32,000 nt of DNA from Erysipelothrix larvae (GTDB lineage: Bacteria > Bacillota_I > Bacilli_A > Erysipelotrichales > Erysipelotrichaceae): positions 120,001 through 152,000 of the forward strand of contig NZ_CP013213.1 in NCBI RefSeq assembly GCF_001545095.1. The letters are read 5' to 3'. Shown piece by piece: positions 9,415-18,789 of this stretch. The notes under the pieces were generated by a model that worked only from the letters and a program-made list of their open reading frames with translations, did no database searches and had not been told where the DNA came from. How positions within the stretch are numbered: the stretch's first letter is position 1; each line of letters starts with the position of its first letter. Position numbers and translations under genes: made by a program.

Positions 9415-10329
9415 ATGTTAGATAAAGCAAGAAGTGAAGAAAAAAATCTCATCCATAAATATTGGAAAGAAGCATTTCACCATCAAGATGGTGGGTCAAT
9501 CAATGCTTATTTTAATCACCACTATAAGGATGATGAAAGTTATGTATATCGCGGAAATGATGGGTCAATCATTTCAAGTGCCCAAGTGCGTAGTAAGGTC
9601 TTATCGCTCCATGATAAAAAGATTCGAGTATCGTATATCACGGGGCTTTTGACGCGTCCAGAATACCAAGGGCAAGGATATATGAAGAAATTCATGGAAG
9701 CTTTATTAGATGAATTATCACAAAAAGACATCGTGACATTATTAAGTGCTTACGAACCCAAGATATTCTCAAATTTTGGTTTTGAACCTGTTATCGAAGA
9801 TTACGAGTATAACATTAATGCTCGATCAATGTTTGAATTTGGAATCGATGGAATTCTTCTAAACCCAGAAGCTAAAGATTTGAAACGCGTATATGAGACA
9901 TTTACGCAACATTTTACGGGGTATTTTGTGAGAACATTGGAAGATTTTGAACTGTTGAAAAAAGAATATGCAGCAAAAAATGGAAAAATAGTTGGCTTGA
10001 CGGTTGATAATATCCTTGTAGGATATGCTGCTTATATCCAACATAATGGGTATGTAGAGGTAAAAGAATGTTGTTATGACAAGAGTGGAACTCTGATGCA
10101 ATTGATGTCGTTTGTGAGTCGAGGTCAGACAAGGGTTATCCTCACAACTACTACAGCGGAGCAGATAAGAAAACTTTATCCTGAATCACGTAGAGTGAAG
10201 CGACCGTTCTTGCTCGGACGTATTAATGATCAAGAGCTCTTTGAGCGTTTATATCATATAAGAATTTTATCTGCCTATTCCGCGTTCCATGCGTATGGAA
10301 AACCACTATTTAATAGAGATAATCAGTAG
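9415..10329 (+). CDS. GNAT-family acetyltransferase-like protein (possibly Eis-like architecture)
   Basis: GNAT motif-A-like segment RPEYQGQGYMKKFMEALLDEL. 304 aa. No finer assignment is possible by eye. Confidence 0.55.
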   Translation: MLDKARSEEKNLIHKYWKEAFHHQDGGSINAYFNHHYKDDESYVYRGNDGSIISSAQVRSKVLSLHDKKIRVSYITGLLTRPEYQGQGYMKKFMEALLDELSQKDIVTLLSAYEPKIFSNFGFEPVIEDYEYNINARSMFEFGIDGILLNPEAKDLKRVYETFTQHFTGYFVRTLEDFELLKKEYAAKNGKIVGLTVDNILVGYAAYIQHNGYVEVKECCYDKSGTLMQLMSFVSRGQTRVILTTTTAEQIRKLYPESRRVKRPFLLGRINDQELFERLYHIRILSAYSAFHAYGKPLFNRDNQ

Positions 10330-10348
10330 ATTGATAAGGTTCTCACAA

Positions 10349-10376
10349 TTGACTATTTTCTCATATAGTGTATAAT
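10349..10376 (+). promoter_or_regulatory. SigA-type promoter of gap
   Basis: TTGACT (10349-10354), a 16-nt spacer, then TG-TATAAT (10369-10376). Confidence 0.55.
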
Positions 10377-10394
10377 TATAGTTGTCAAAAATAA

Positions 10395-11414
<1,020 letters not shown>

Positions 11415-11437
11415 TTAGTAGATAATATATACTTTAA

Positions 11438-11471
11438 AAGGCAGGACCCGTGATTTGGGTCTTGTTTTTTT
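11438..11471 (+). terminator. Rho-independent terminator after gap
   Basis: AGGACCC-gtgattt-GGGTCTT hairpin followed by T7. Confidence 0.75.
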
Positions 11472-11486
11472 GTGTTTTGGTGCAAT

Positions 11487-11515
11487 TTGCATGAGCATTG
11501 AGGATAGGATATACT
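11487..11515 (+). promoter_or_regulatory. Candidate SigA promoter of ybaK
   Basis: TTGCAT (11487-11492), a 17-nt spacer, then TATACT (11510-11515). Confidence 0.45.
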
Positions 11516-11546
11516 ATCTTTTAGAAATGATGGGAGATTTTTAGAT

Positions 11547-12014
11547 ATGAAGACAAATGCAATGCGAACATTAGATCAGCTTAAAATTCCTTATCAGGTA
11601 GTTGAATTTAAAGTGTCTAAAGAACATATGGATGGTGAAGAAGTTGCTCGTCTGGTCTCAAGAAATGTCGAAGAGGTCTTTAAGACATTAGTAGTATGCG
11701 ACAAAGATGATCTTGTTGTTTGTTTGATTCCAGTATCAGAGCACGTTGATCTAAAGAAATTATCAAAAGCAAGTGGTCATAAATCATTATCGATGCTTCC
11801 CCTTAATCAACTCACACAAAAGACTGGATATCAGCGTGGTGGTTGTTCTCCAATAGGGATGAAGAAATTGTATCCAACATATATTCATGAATCTTGTTTA
11901 GAACAGGAAGTGATAGCTATAAGTGGAGGTCATAGAGGATGCCAGATTATTATTGACCCACATCAATTAATCGAGTGTATAAATATTAAAGTTGGTGATT
12001 ATGTGCAGGGATAA
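11547..12014 (+). CDS. ybaK: Cys-tRNA(Pro)/Cys-tRNA(Cys) deacylase, YbaK/EbsC family
   Basis: 155 aa starting MKTNAMRTLDQLKIPYQVVEF, with ...GYQRGGCSPIGMKK, typical of stand-alone YbaK editing domains. Confidence 0.85.
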   Translation: MKTNAMRTLDQLKIPYQVVEFKVSKEHMDGEEVARLVSRNVEEVFKTLVVCDKDDLVVCLIPVSEHVDLKKLSKASGHKSLSMLPLNQLTQKTGYQRGGCSPIGMKKLYPTYIHESCLEQEVIAISGGHRGCQIIIDPHQLIECINIKVGDYVQG

Positions 12015-12083
12015 AACTATATCCTTTTTTTACTATGAAAAGAGTGTAAAATAGTCTAAAATAAGATTACATGGAGGCTGATT

Positions 12084-13010
12084 ATGGAACAAAGAAATCC
12101 GATTATACAACGTATAATAAGTGAAACAAGCAAGGTTATTCTTGGAAAAGAAAGTGTCATCCAACTCACACTCGCTGCTTTTTTAGCAGGGGGTCATGTA
12201 CTTTATGAAGATGTTCCAGGTATCGGGAAAACAATGCTCGTACGGTCTCTTTCAAGGGTTATGGGATTGCAAGCAAGTCGTGTTCAGTTTACGCCAGATA
12301 TGATGCCAAGTGACATAATTGGGATCTCAATCTTTAATACATCAACGCAACACTTTGAATTTAAAAAAGGTCCAATCTTTACAGATATTTTACTAGCGGA
12401 TGAAATTAATCGGACAACGCCACGAACACAATCTGCGCTCTTGGAAGCAATGAGTGAAGGAAACGTCAGTCAGGATGGGGTTACCTATTCATTGGGCGAT
12501 ACCTTCTTTGTGCTGGCAACGCAAAATCCTTCAACTTATGAGGGGACATACCCACTACCAGAAGCGCAACTTGACCGGTTCATTATTCGGTTATCAATGG
12601 GCTATCCAACCTATCTTGAAGAATTGGATCTTTTAGAGTCGCCACAACGTAAGACGATTCTTCCAACGTTGCAAGCAGTAGCGTCTCGTGAGGATATCAT
12701 GTACTTAAAAGACGCCGTAGATAAGGTTACAATTAAAAAAGAATTGTATGAATATGCTTTAGATTTAGTAAGACAAACACGTAAACATTCGAATATTCGT
12801 CTAGGGGTAAGCCCTCGTGGTGCTTTAGACTTAGTTCGTGTTGCGAAAGCGTACGCAGTCACTCAAAACAGAGATTACTGTATTCCAGAAGATTTCTCGA
12901 CACTCTTTGTTCCAGTATGTAGTCACCGTGTGCATACACGCTCAGCACATGACTTCACAGATCGAATCCTTGAAGAAATCTTAGCGAATGTGAAAGCTCC
13001 GGTTCAATAA
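12084..13010 (+). CDS. MoxR-family AAA+ ATPase
   Basis: Walker A PGIGKT and Walker B LLADEINR, plus the ATQNP..EGTYPLPEAQLDRF motif. 308 aa. Confidence 0.9.
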   Translation: MEQRNPIIQRIISETSKVILGKESVIQLTLAAFLAGGHVLYEDVPGIGKTMLVRSLSRVMGLQASRVQFTPDMMPSDIIGISIFNTSTQHFEFKKGPIFTDILLADEINRTTPRTQSALLEAMSEGNVSQDGVTYSLGDTFFVLATQNPSTYEGTYPLPEAQLDRFIIRLSMGYPTYLEELDLLESPQRKTILPTLQAVASREDIMYLKDAVDKVTIKKELYEYALDLVRQTRKHSNIRLGVSPRGALDLVRVAKAYAVTQNRDYCIPEDFSTLFVPVCSHRVHTRSAHDFTDRILEEILANVKAPVQ

Positions 13011-14038
13011 TGAAACTGAGTGCACAGATAAGAAACAGCATTGTCTTCTTAGCGTGGTGTTTTTTAGTCGTGTTTGCTTTTACCTTCAATAACCATTCGA
13101 ATTGGATTTTACTCTTCTTTATTACTACCTTGATGATTGCGTTGGTAATCATGCTTTTTTTACCAATCAATATTTCGATGGAAGGATTATCCAAAGAGAT
13201 GACCCTGACTCATAAAGAAACACTTGAAGTAAGAATCTACACGCGAACACATGTTCGATTCAGATTTCTTAATATTCAACTTAATACTAAAGTAAACAAC
13301 ATGCTCATACAATCTGAACTTAAAATGCTCCCTACGAAAAAACACGAGATTTTAGCTGTAAAGACACATATCCTTAATCGCGGAATATACGAAATGAATT
13401 CACTACAATTAAATGTACGCGATTTTATTGGTTTGATGGAACGACGTGTTATAGATGATACACTGAAGGATTTAATTATATGTCCTGAGATTAATAAATC
13501 AGGACCGTTTGTTGCGGATTATTTAGATCGAAAATTTAACATTCAAGCACCTTATAAAAATCGGGAGACCTTTGATGTCAAACTCATTAGAGAATATAAT
13601 CCAGGTGATCGTATGAATCGTATTGATTGGAAATTATCATCTAAAACAAATACCCTTATTTATCGTGAATATGAACATGAAAATGATAAGCCAGTTATCT
13701 TTATTTTCGTTGCTGCAGATGATGCCAATGCAGAATGGATGCTATCACTTTTTTACACACTCGATGTCAATTGTTTCAATGGAACAACGCTACAATTTGG
13801 TCTTTTGGGAAATGAGTACATCCCTAATCCAATCAACCGTGATTATGCTGAGCTTAAAATGTGCGATGATTTTGACGTTGGAAGTGTGCGACATGATGCG
13901 ATACTCTTTTCACCAAAACGCTTGAACCTAATACAGAATACTGCACAGATTTATTGTGATAAGCAACTTGTTGTCTTTGAACAAAACGGAGTTTTGGATA
14001 TTATTGGTGAATTTGACGAAAGTGGTGAATTAAAATGA
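13010..14038 (+). CDS. DUF58-family protein (MoxR partner)
   Basis: N-terminal TM pair and the motif REYNPGDRMNRIDWKLSSKTNTLIYREYEHE. Its start overlaps the moxR stop by 1 nt (TAATG). Confidence 0.75.
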   Translation: MKLSAQIRNSIVFLAWCFLVVFAFTFNNHSNWILLFFITTLMIALVIMLFLPINISMEGLSKEMTLTHKETLEVRIYTRTHVRFRFLNIQLNTKVNNMLIQSELKMLPTKKHEILAVKTHILNRGIYEMNSLQLNVRDFIGLMERRVIDDTLKDLIICPEINKSGPFVADYLDRKFNIQAPYKNRETFDVKLIREYNPGDRMNRIDWKLSSKTNTLIYREYEHENDKPVIFIFVAADDANAEWMLSLFYTLDVNCFNGTTLQFGLLGNEYIPNPINRDYAELKMCDDFDVGSVRHDAILFSPKRLNLIQNTAQIYCDKQLVVFEQNGVLDIIGEFDESGELK

Positions 14039-16215
14039 GAAAGAAACTTATAACATTTGCGCTCTCCTCATTGGTATTTTTGAGTATCGTCAGCCCCTTT
14101 ATTTCTTCAACAATCTATACTGAGACAAAGTATTTAATTGCGTTTATTCTCATCGTGAATTTCATTGAAAACTTTGTAGATCAACAGCTGATCTCAATTC
14201 CATTACAATTAATATCACTGTATGGATTAGCCTATAGTTACTTACAAGAAAAACCCACCATGATTTTAGACTGGGTCCAAACATTTACGGTGTACGTCGT
14301 GAGAAATCTTTATGGATTTTTCAATCGAAGCAGTTCATTGATTATCTATGATGTGGGGATCTTTCTAGTTGGTCTTGTATTAGTGATATTAATTAAATCA
14401 ACGGTAAGAAAACAGCGTGTGTGGTATGCATCCGCGGTAATTCTTATCTACTTTTTTATCCTTATTGCATTTAATAATGTGATTATAAGACTGCCACTTT
14501 ATCAACTTGTAATTTCCACAATCCTCTGGCGATTATGGATTCTGTATGAGTACGATCTTCTTAGAAAACCACTCTATACTCTAGGAACCTGCGTTCTTGT
14601 TGGTTTGCTTTTCCTTGCATCTGTAAACTATCCAGTTGTTTATAAAGATATTTATACTACAATTCGTCAAACGACGAATCCTTATCGAATAAACTTGTCA
14701 AATAACGGATTCTATCGTATTTTTCAATTAAATCGTGTAACTGGGTTAGGTGCATATAGTGGATATAGTTTGGATGATTCGATGCTAGGTGGCCCATTGC
14801 AGATGAATTACAATACAGTATTCAGAGTTAAACAAACAAAACCGACCTATTGGAAGTTAGAAAATAAATATGAGTACTCCGGTAAAGGGTGGAAAGAAAA
14901 CGACCGTGTCTATCAAAGTCAATATAGGCAAGGAGACACCTTTGCGGAAGCCAATAACAGAGTCTCTGAGTCCATGGAAACATCCACAATTACCTATGTA
15001 TCAGGCGGACTACCCTATATTCCACTCCCTTTTGGAAACGTAACCTTTGATTCAATTTCGGATTTTCGGATGATTAATATTGGACTCTATTCGATTGAAG
15101 GAAATCGCATCGGGTTTTCAAGTATTGAACTTCCATCACAAGATCAAAGTTTAATTGAAGGAATGAGCTATTCATGGCATGAGTTGGATATATCTGAAGA
15201 AGATCTGAGAAATGTTGTAGTTCCAGAATCCATGCCTGCATTGTGGGTGCAAATTCCAAGTTCAGTTTCGCAAAGTGTAAAAAACTTAGCATCCGAAATC
15301 ACAGTAGATGCGCAAACTCAGTATGATAAAGTTGAAGCGGTTCGTAAGTATCTTGCTGAGAATGATGATTTTAAGTATGCACTCGAAAGTGTCGCTTATA
15401 CACCGGACACAATGGAATTTGTATATCACTTCCTCTTTGAAACGAAAGAAGGGTATTGTGAGCACTATTCAACTGCGATGGTTGTGTTGTTGAGATCACT
15501 AGGGATTCCAGCACGATGGGCTAAAGGATATTCGACAGGTGTTATATCAAGTGTGACAGACCAAGAATATACAATTCGAAATGCAGATGCACATGCTTGG
15601 GCTGAAGTCTATTTTGACGGATATGGATGGATTCCATTTGAAGCAACACCAACATTTAATTTTGATTTTCTAAATCAAGAATCCACAACACCAGATCAAG
15701 AAACACCAACGCCAAACCCGTCAGATCCAACAGATCCTGATCAATCCACAACACCAGACACCAATAACCCACAACAAAATGAAAATCCCTCAAGACCCAC
15801 AGAAATAGAAGAGAATGTAATCTTCGACTTCAATAAACTTACACCAACTCAGACCATACAATACGGGATCATGATTCTTGGTGTGATGGGCTTGTTGTAT
15901 TATGTGTTTAAACGAGCGATACGCTTGATGCTAACGCATCTCATGATATCTCGTGGGAAGTCCTATCAAAAAACCTTTGTAGGGGTCTTAAAATGTCTTG
16001 AGTGGCAATGTGCGCGACCGCAACATGTTGGTGTTGAACTTTATGGAGAGATGATTCCTGAAGACTATCAAAATACTTACAAAACCTTGGTTAAACCATT
16101 CCTTGACATTCGGTATGGTAACCACAATGACCGAGCGCTATCTGTTAAAGAGAAACAAGCGTTTAGGAAACTGTTGAAATGTGTAAACATTAAAAGAATC
16201 TTCTTTAAGAAGTAA
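14035..16215 (+). CDS. Transglutaminase-domain membrane protein
   Basis: It overlaps the DUF58 gene as ATGA. It has a polytopic N-terminus and a transglutaminase core GYCEHYSTAMVVLLRSLGIPARWAKGY...DAHAWAEVYFDGYGWIPFEAT, followed by a P/T/D/N-rich linker and a C-terminal TM. Confidence 0.85.
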   Translation: MRKKLITFALSSLVFLSIVSPFISSTIYTETKYLIAFILIVNFIENFVDQQLISIPLQLISLYGLAYSYLQEKPTMILDWVQTFTVYVVRNLYGFFNRSSSLIIYDVGIFLVGLVLVILIKSTVRKQRVWYASAVILIYFFILIAFNNVIIRLPLYQLVISTILWRLWILYEYDLLRKPLYTLGTCVLVGLLFLASVNYPVVYKDIYTTIRQTTNPYRINLSNNGFYRIFQLNRVTGLGAYSGYSLDDSMLGGPLQMNYNTVFRVKQTKPTYWKLENKYEYSGKGWKENDRVYQSQYRQGDTFAEANNRVSESMETSTITYVSGGLPYIPLPFGNVTFDSISDFRMINIGLYSIEGNRIGFSSIELPSQDQSLIEGMSYSWHELDISEEDLRNVVVPESMPALWVQIPSSVSQSVKNLASEITVDAQTQYDKVEAVRKYLAENDDFKYALESVAYTPDTMEFVYHFLFETKEGYCEHYSTAMVVLLRSLGIPARWAKGYSTGVISSVTDQEYTIRNADAHAWAEVYFDGYGWIPFEATPTFNFDFLNQESTTPDQETPTPNPSDPTDPDQSTTPDTNNPQQNENPSRPTEIEENVIFDFNKLTPTQTIQYGIMILGVMGLLYYVFKRAIRLMLTHLMISRGKSYQKTFVGVLKCLEWQCARPQHVGVELYGEMIPEDYQNTYKTLVKPFLDIRYGNHNDRALSVKEKQAFRKLLKCVNIKRIFFKK

Positions 16216-16229
16216 AAAGAAAAACAGGC

Positions 16230-16313
16230 GGTCTGAAATAACTTGGGGATAATTCAGAAAATGATATAAAATAACTTGGGGAGTAAGTTACCCCAAACAA
16301 GTTTGTTAAAGAC
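16230..16313. repeat. Outward-facing inverted pair of IS-end-like repeats (mini-element A-B, 84 bp)
   Basis: GGTCTGAAATAACTTGGGGA lies at 16230-16249, with the partial repeat AAATAACTTGGGGA at 16269-16282. CCCCAAACAAGTTTGTTAAAGACC at 16291-16313 has the reverse complement GGTCTTTAACAAACTTGTTTGGGG. Confidence 0.45.
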
Positions 16314-16317
16314 CAAA

Positions 16318-16357
16318 GGGAAGCGTAGTCGCACATGACTATAGCTTCCCTCTTTTT
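16318..16357 (+). terminator. Strong hairpin plus T-run, possibly the native terminator of the transglutaminase operon or a bidirectional terminator also serving the transposase
   Basis: GGGAAGC..TAGTC-gcacat-GACTA..GCTTCCC followed by TCTTTTTGTT. It sits between mini-element A-B and the transposase stop codon. Confidence 0.5.
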
Positions 16358-16386
16358 GTTATAGTATATCAATAATGAGTCATTTC

Positions 16387-17862
16387 TTAAGAGAGTCCTT
16401 TGTCATAGGTTGTTTTAATTATTGGGTTAATTCGATATGTTGCGTCTTCATTAAGCACATACAACACACGATTCCTAAACCGCTCCCAATTACGATAGCC
16501 ACTTGCATTGTTTTTTATTTGCTTGATTATGCGATTTCGATTCTCAATCAACGCACTGTTTATGTGTGTTATGGAAACTTCATAATGGGTTTCTCCTGTT
16601 TTCTTATTTGTGACCTTTGTGCATTTTTCTACTTTATTGAAAGTTGCGACAATTTCATTTTTCCACTTTCCTAAAGTTCGGCTAAAATCAACGATTGATG
16701 CAACTCTACTCTGAGCCATCACTCTGATGAGTGTGTTCAGATTCTCGTGTGCATTCTCAGCTTTTGATTCATTGAAGAATTGATCGAGTAAGAACTTCAT
16801 GTTATATGCATCTTCAAGGCCATTGCTCGTTTGAAGAATTAGGTCTATTATGTCGTAAAGGTTTAGAAACTTTCCCAATTTCTTATTGCGTTGTTTCGGT
16901 ACATTTGGATCAAATATATTGTATTTCTTATCTTTAACTGTGGTTGTTGCTTTGGGGTTTTTATAGAGTAACCAGTTGAACTTTTTAAGCAGATAGTATT
17001 GCTGGTCACGCTTATAATATTCTTGTCTTTTGACTTTATCTTCTGTTTGCTTCCAGTTCTTAGGAGGTTTTAGTTTCTTCATAGTGTCTACCCTAATAGA
17101 GTCGATACGTTTCATTAAATCACTATAAACATGAAAACGATCAACACTGATAAACGCGTTTGGAAGGAATTGTTTTGCGACGACTCTATAGCTATACCAC
17201 ATGTCGATTCCAATACCTAAGACTCCTTTGCGTTCTTCAAGGGGGATTTGGCTAAAATACGCGACTAAGTCTTGTTTCTTACGGGACGGTAATATATCTA
17301 CGATATTCTTTGTCATTGCATCAATAAGAACGCATACATAATCACTGCGATCACTGTGGTACGCATAACATTCATCAATAAGCAGATAAGCGGGTAGTTT
17401 TTGTCTGGAGACAGAAACGTGGGAATCGAAAATAGATGATACTGTAGTGGGAGATAACCGATATCTATTGGCAACTGTGGTAAACGTTTCATGTGGCGAT
17501 TTAAGATCATTCAGGACATTATATACGGTCAGCTGAGTAATCTTCATATTTCGATACGCAAATGGATTGTGTTCAAAAAAGCATTTATTACACGTTGTGC
17601 ATTTATAACGTCGTGCACGGTAACGAATGTAACAGGGTATATGTGTTACCAGTGAGTGGAGAAGCTTCTTTTCAGAATAATCTTTGATTGTGGATGTTTT
17701 GCTTTCACAAATTGGGCATGTTTGTTCCTCTACCTGAAGCGTAATGTACACATTCAATGCGTCACTTTGACCTTTGATATCAATCTTCTGGACTTGATGG
17801 TGTTCTAAGTTAAATAATTCAAGAATTTTTTCGTTACTTAAAAGAGTGGCATTAGCGTTCAT
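16387..17862 (-). CDS. ISL3-family DDE transposase
   Basis: 491 aa with an N-terminal zinc finger CPIC-x35-CTTC, then IDECYAY, IGIDMWYSY and VDRFHV. The C-terminal ...NSALIENRNRIIKQIKNNASGYRNWERFRNRVLY matches the ISL3 (IS1167/IS1165-type) layout. Confidence 0.9.
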   Translation of the reverse strand: MNANATLLSNEKILELFNLEHHQVQKIDIKGQSDALNVYITLQVEEQTCPICESKTSTIKDYSEKKLLHSLVTHIPCYIRYRARRYKCTTCNKCFFEHNPFAYRNMKITQLTVYNVLNDLKSPHETFTTVANRYRLSPTTVSSIFDSHVSVSRQKLPAYLLIDECYAYHSDRSDYVCVLIDAMTKNIVDILPSRKKQDLVAYFSQIPLEERKGVLGIGIDMWYSYRVVAKQFLPNAFISVDRFHVYSDLMKRIDSIRVDTMKKLKPPKNWKQTEDKVKRQEYYKRDQQYYLLKKFNWLLYKNPKATTTVKDKKYNIFDPNVPKQRNKKLGKFLNLYDIIDLILQTSNGLEDAYNMKFLLDQFFNESKAENAHENLNTLIRVMAQSRVASIVDFSRTLGKWKNEIVATFNKVEKCTKVTNKKTGETHYEVSITHINSALIENRNRIIKQIKNNASGYRNWERFRNRVLYVLNEDATYRINPIIKTTYDKGLS

Positions 17863-17995
17863 AGAAACCCTGCCTCTCTTTGACTATTTTGATAAGGTTT
17901 CATTATGTATCTTGCTCCTAAATATAAAAATGATTGTCTGTTATTTAAATAACCATCTTCATTATATTCAATCTGAGGAGTTAAAACTATTTTTC

Positions 17996-18466
17996 TCATG
18001 TTGGTGAAGTAATGGCGGAATGATAGATATTCCGTTTTGTGGATAATATGAAGTAATTCAATCGTTCCAAATAACTTAAATGTCTCACCGATTCATAATC
18101 GTTAAAACGTATTTTTATCCGAATATATGTTGATTCATCAATATCAGTTAAAAGCGTGCTATCAAGTTCATGGGTTAATATTATTTCAATTGTGGGTACA
18201 GACAGTTGAAAATAGGGAAGTAAGTTACTTGGTATTATTGCATGAGTTCTCTTACATTGATTACAAAAGAAACGTGCGATTTCTACGACAATGGTTAATC
18301 GCCCAGTAATTATGGTTTTCGGATAGTATCCATAACGAATCAGTGTATCTGTTTTTGAACAGCACGGACAAGGTATTGTTTTTGGATTAATTGAATTGAG
18401 AAATTTGTAATATTCCTTTTGAGAAAACTGTTTATTATTGAATGTGTTTGAGAAAACTGTTATCAT
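17996..18466 (-). CDS. Zn-ribbon protein (CxCC...CxxC), co-oriented upstream of the transposase; possibly DUF6431-like
   Basis: 156 aa with CPCC at residues 33-36 and CNQC at residues 68-71, followed by THAIIPSNLLPYFQ. SD AAAGGAG sits 8 nt before the ATG. Confidence 0.6.
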   Translation of the reverse strand: MITVFSNTFNNKQFSQKEYYKFLNSINPKTIPCPCCSKTDTLIRYGYYPKTIITGRLTIVVEIARFFCNQCKRTHAIIPSNLLPYFQLSVPTIEIILTHELDSTLLTDIDESTYIRIKIRFNDYESVRHLSYLERLNYFILSTKRNIYHSAITSPT

Positions 18467-18509
18467 ATTCTTACTCCTTTATAGGAGGTATTGGATTGGT
18501 AGAAACTTA

Positions 18510-18677
18510 GGTCTGGAAACTTGGGGTTTCTACCATTTTATTAACCTCGTTAAACTAATAATACAAAAAAAATCACTTTAATACAGCACTTAATTGTGCA
18601 TAAAGTAAAGTGATTTTTTATTCTGCTGGTCTAAGATAATCAGTTTACAACAGAAATCCCCAAACTTCTTTAAAGAC
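18510..18677. repeat. Second outward-facing inverted pair of IS-end-like repeats (mini-element C-D, 168 bp)
   Basis: GGTCTGGAAACTTGGGG lies at 18510-18526, inside the loop of a 9-bp hairpin GGTAGAAAC/GTTTCTACC (18499-18535). CCCCAAACTTCTTTAAAGAC lies at 18658-18677. Shorter CCCCAAG copies occur at 18702 and 18730. Confidence 0.45.
18563..18620. other. Long A-run/T-run-flanked hairpin (bidirectional terminator-like) inside mini-element C-D
   Basis: AAAAAAAATCACTTTA ... TAAAGTGATTTTTT with inner stem GCAC-ttaatt-GTGC. Confidence 0.4.
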
Positions 18678-18752
18678 AGAGGCTAGAGCAAGATTACCTC
18701 ACCCCAAGAAATAGTGTTGCGAGTGAAAACCCCAAGTAAAGTTTAATATCCG

Positions 18753-18785
18753 AAAAACACTGTATATAAAATTACAGTGTTTTTT
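18753..18785 (-). terminator. Rho-independent terminator after the distal metQ paralog
   Basis: AAAAACACTGTA-loop-TACAGTGTTTTT, 5 nt beyond the stop codon on the minus strand and symmetric. Confidence 0.7.
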
Positions 18786-18789
18786 AATG

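Larger units (their letters stand above)
16230..18677 (-). mobile_element. ISL3-family insertion sequence region (transposase plus upstream Zn-ribbon ORF); boundaries uncertain
   Basis: The outermost imperfect inverted repeats are GGTCTGAAATAACTTGGGGAT (16230-16250) and ATCCCCAAACTTCTTTAAAGAC (18656-18677). The region fills the whole gap between two convergent host genes. I could not identify a clean 8-bp target duplication. Confidence 0.5.

Noticed and set aside
12084-16215. The MoxR-DUF58-transglutaminase operon considered as a candidate novel system.
   Set aside because: This three-gene arrangement (AAA+ MoxR, DUF58, transglutaminase-like membrane protein) is widespread and already described, although its function is poorly understood. 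Nothing in the sequence deviates from the usual pattern.
16375-16674. 99-aa + strand ORF overlapping the 3' end of the transposase gene.
   Set aside because: It is a shadow ORF antisense to a transposase with clear family motifs. It has no SD and no recognisable motifs.
16221-18690. An 8-bp target-site duplication flanking the IS (AACAGGC/AGAGGC next to the outer repeats).
   Set aside because: The flanks are similar but not identical, and the exact IS termini are uncertain, so no direct repeat can be claimed.
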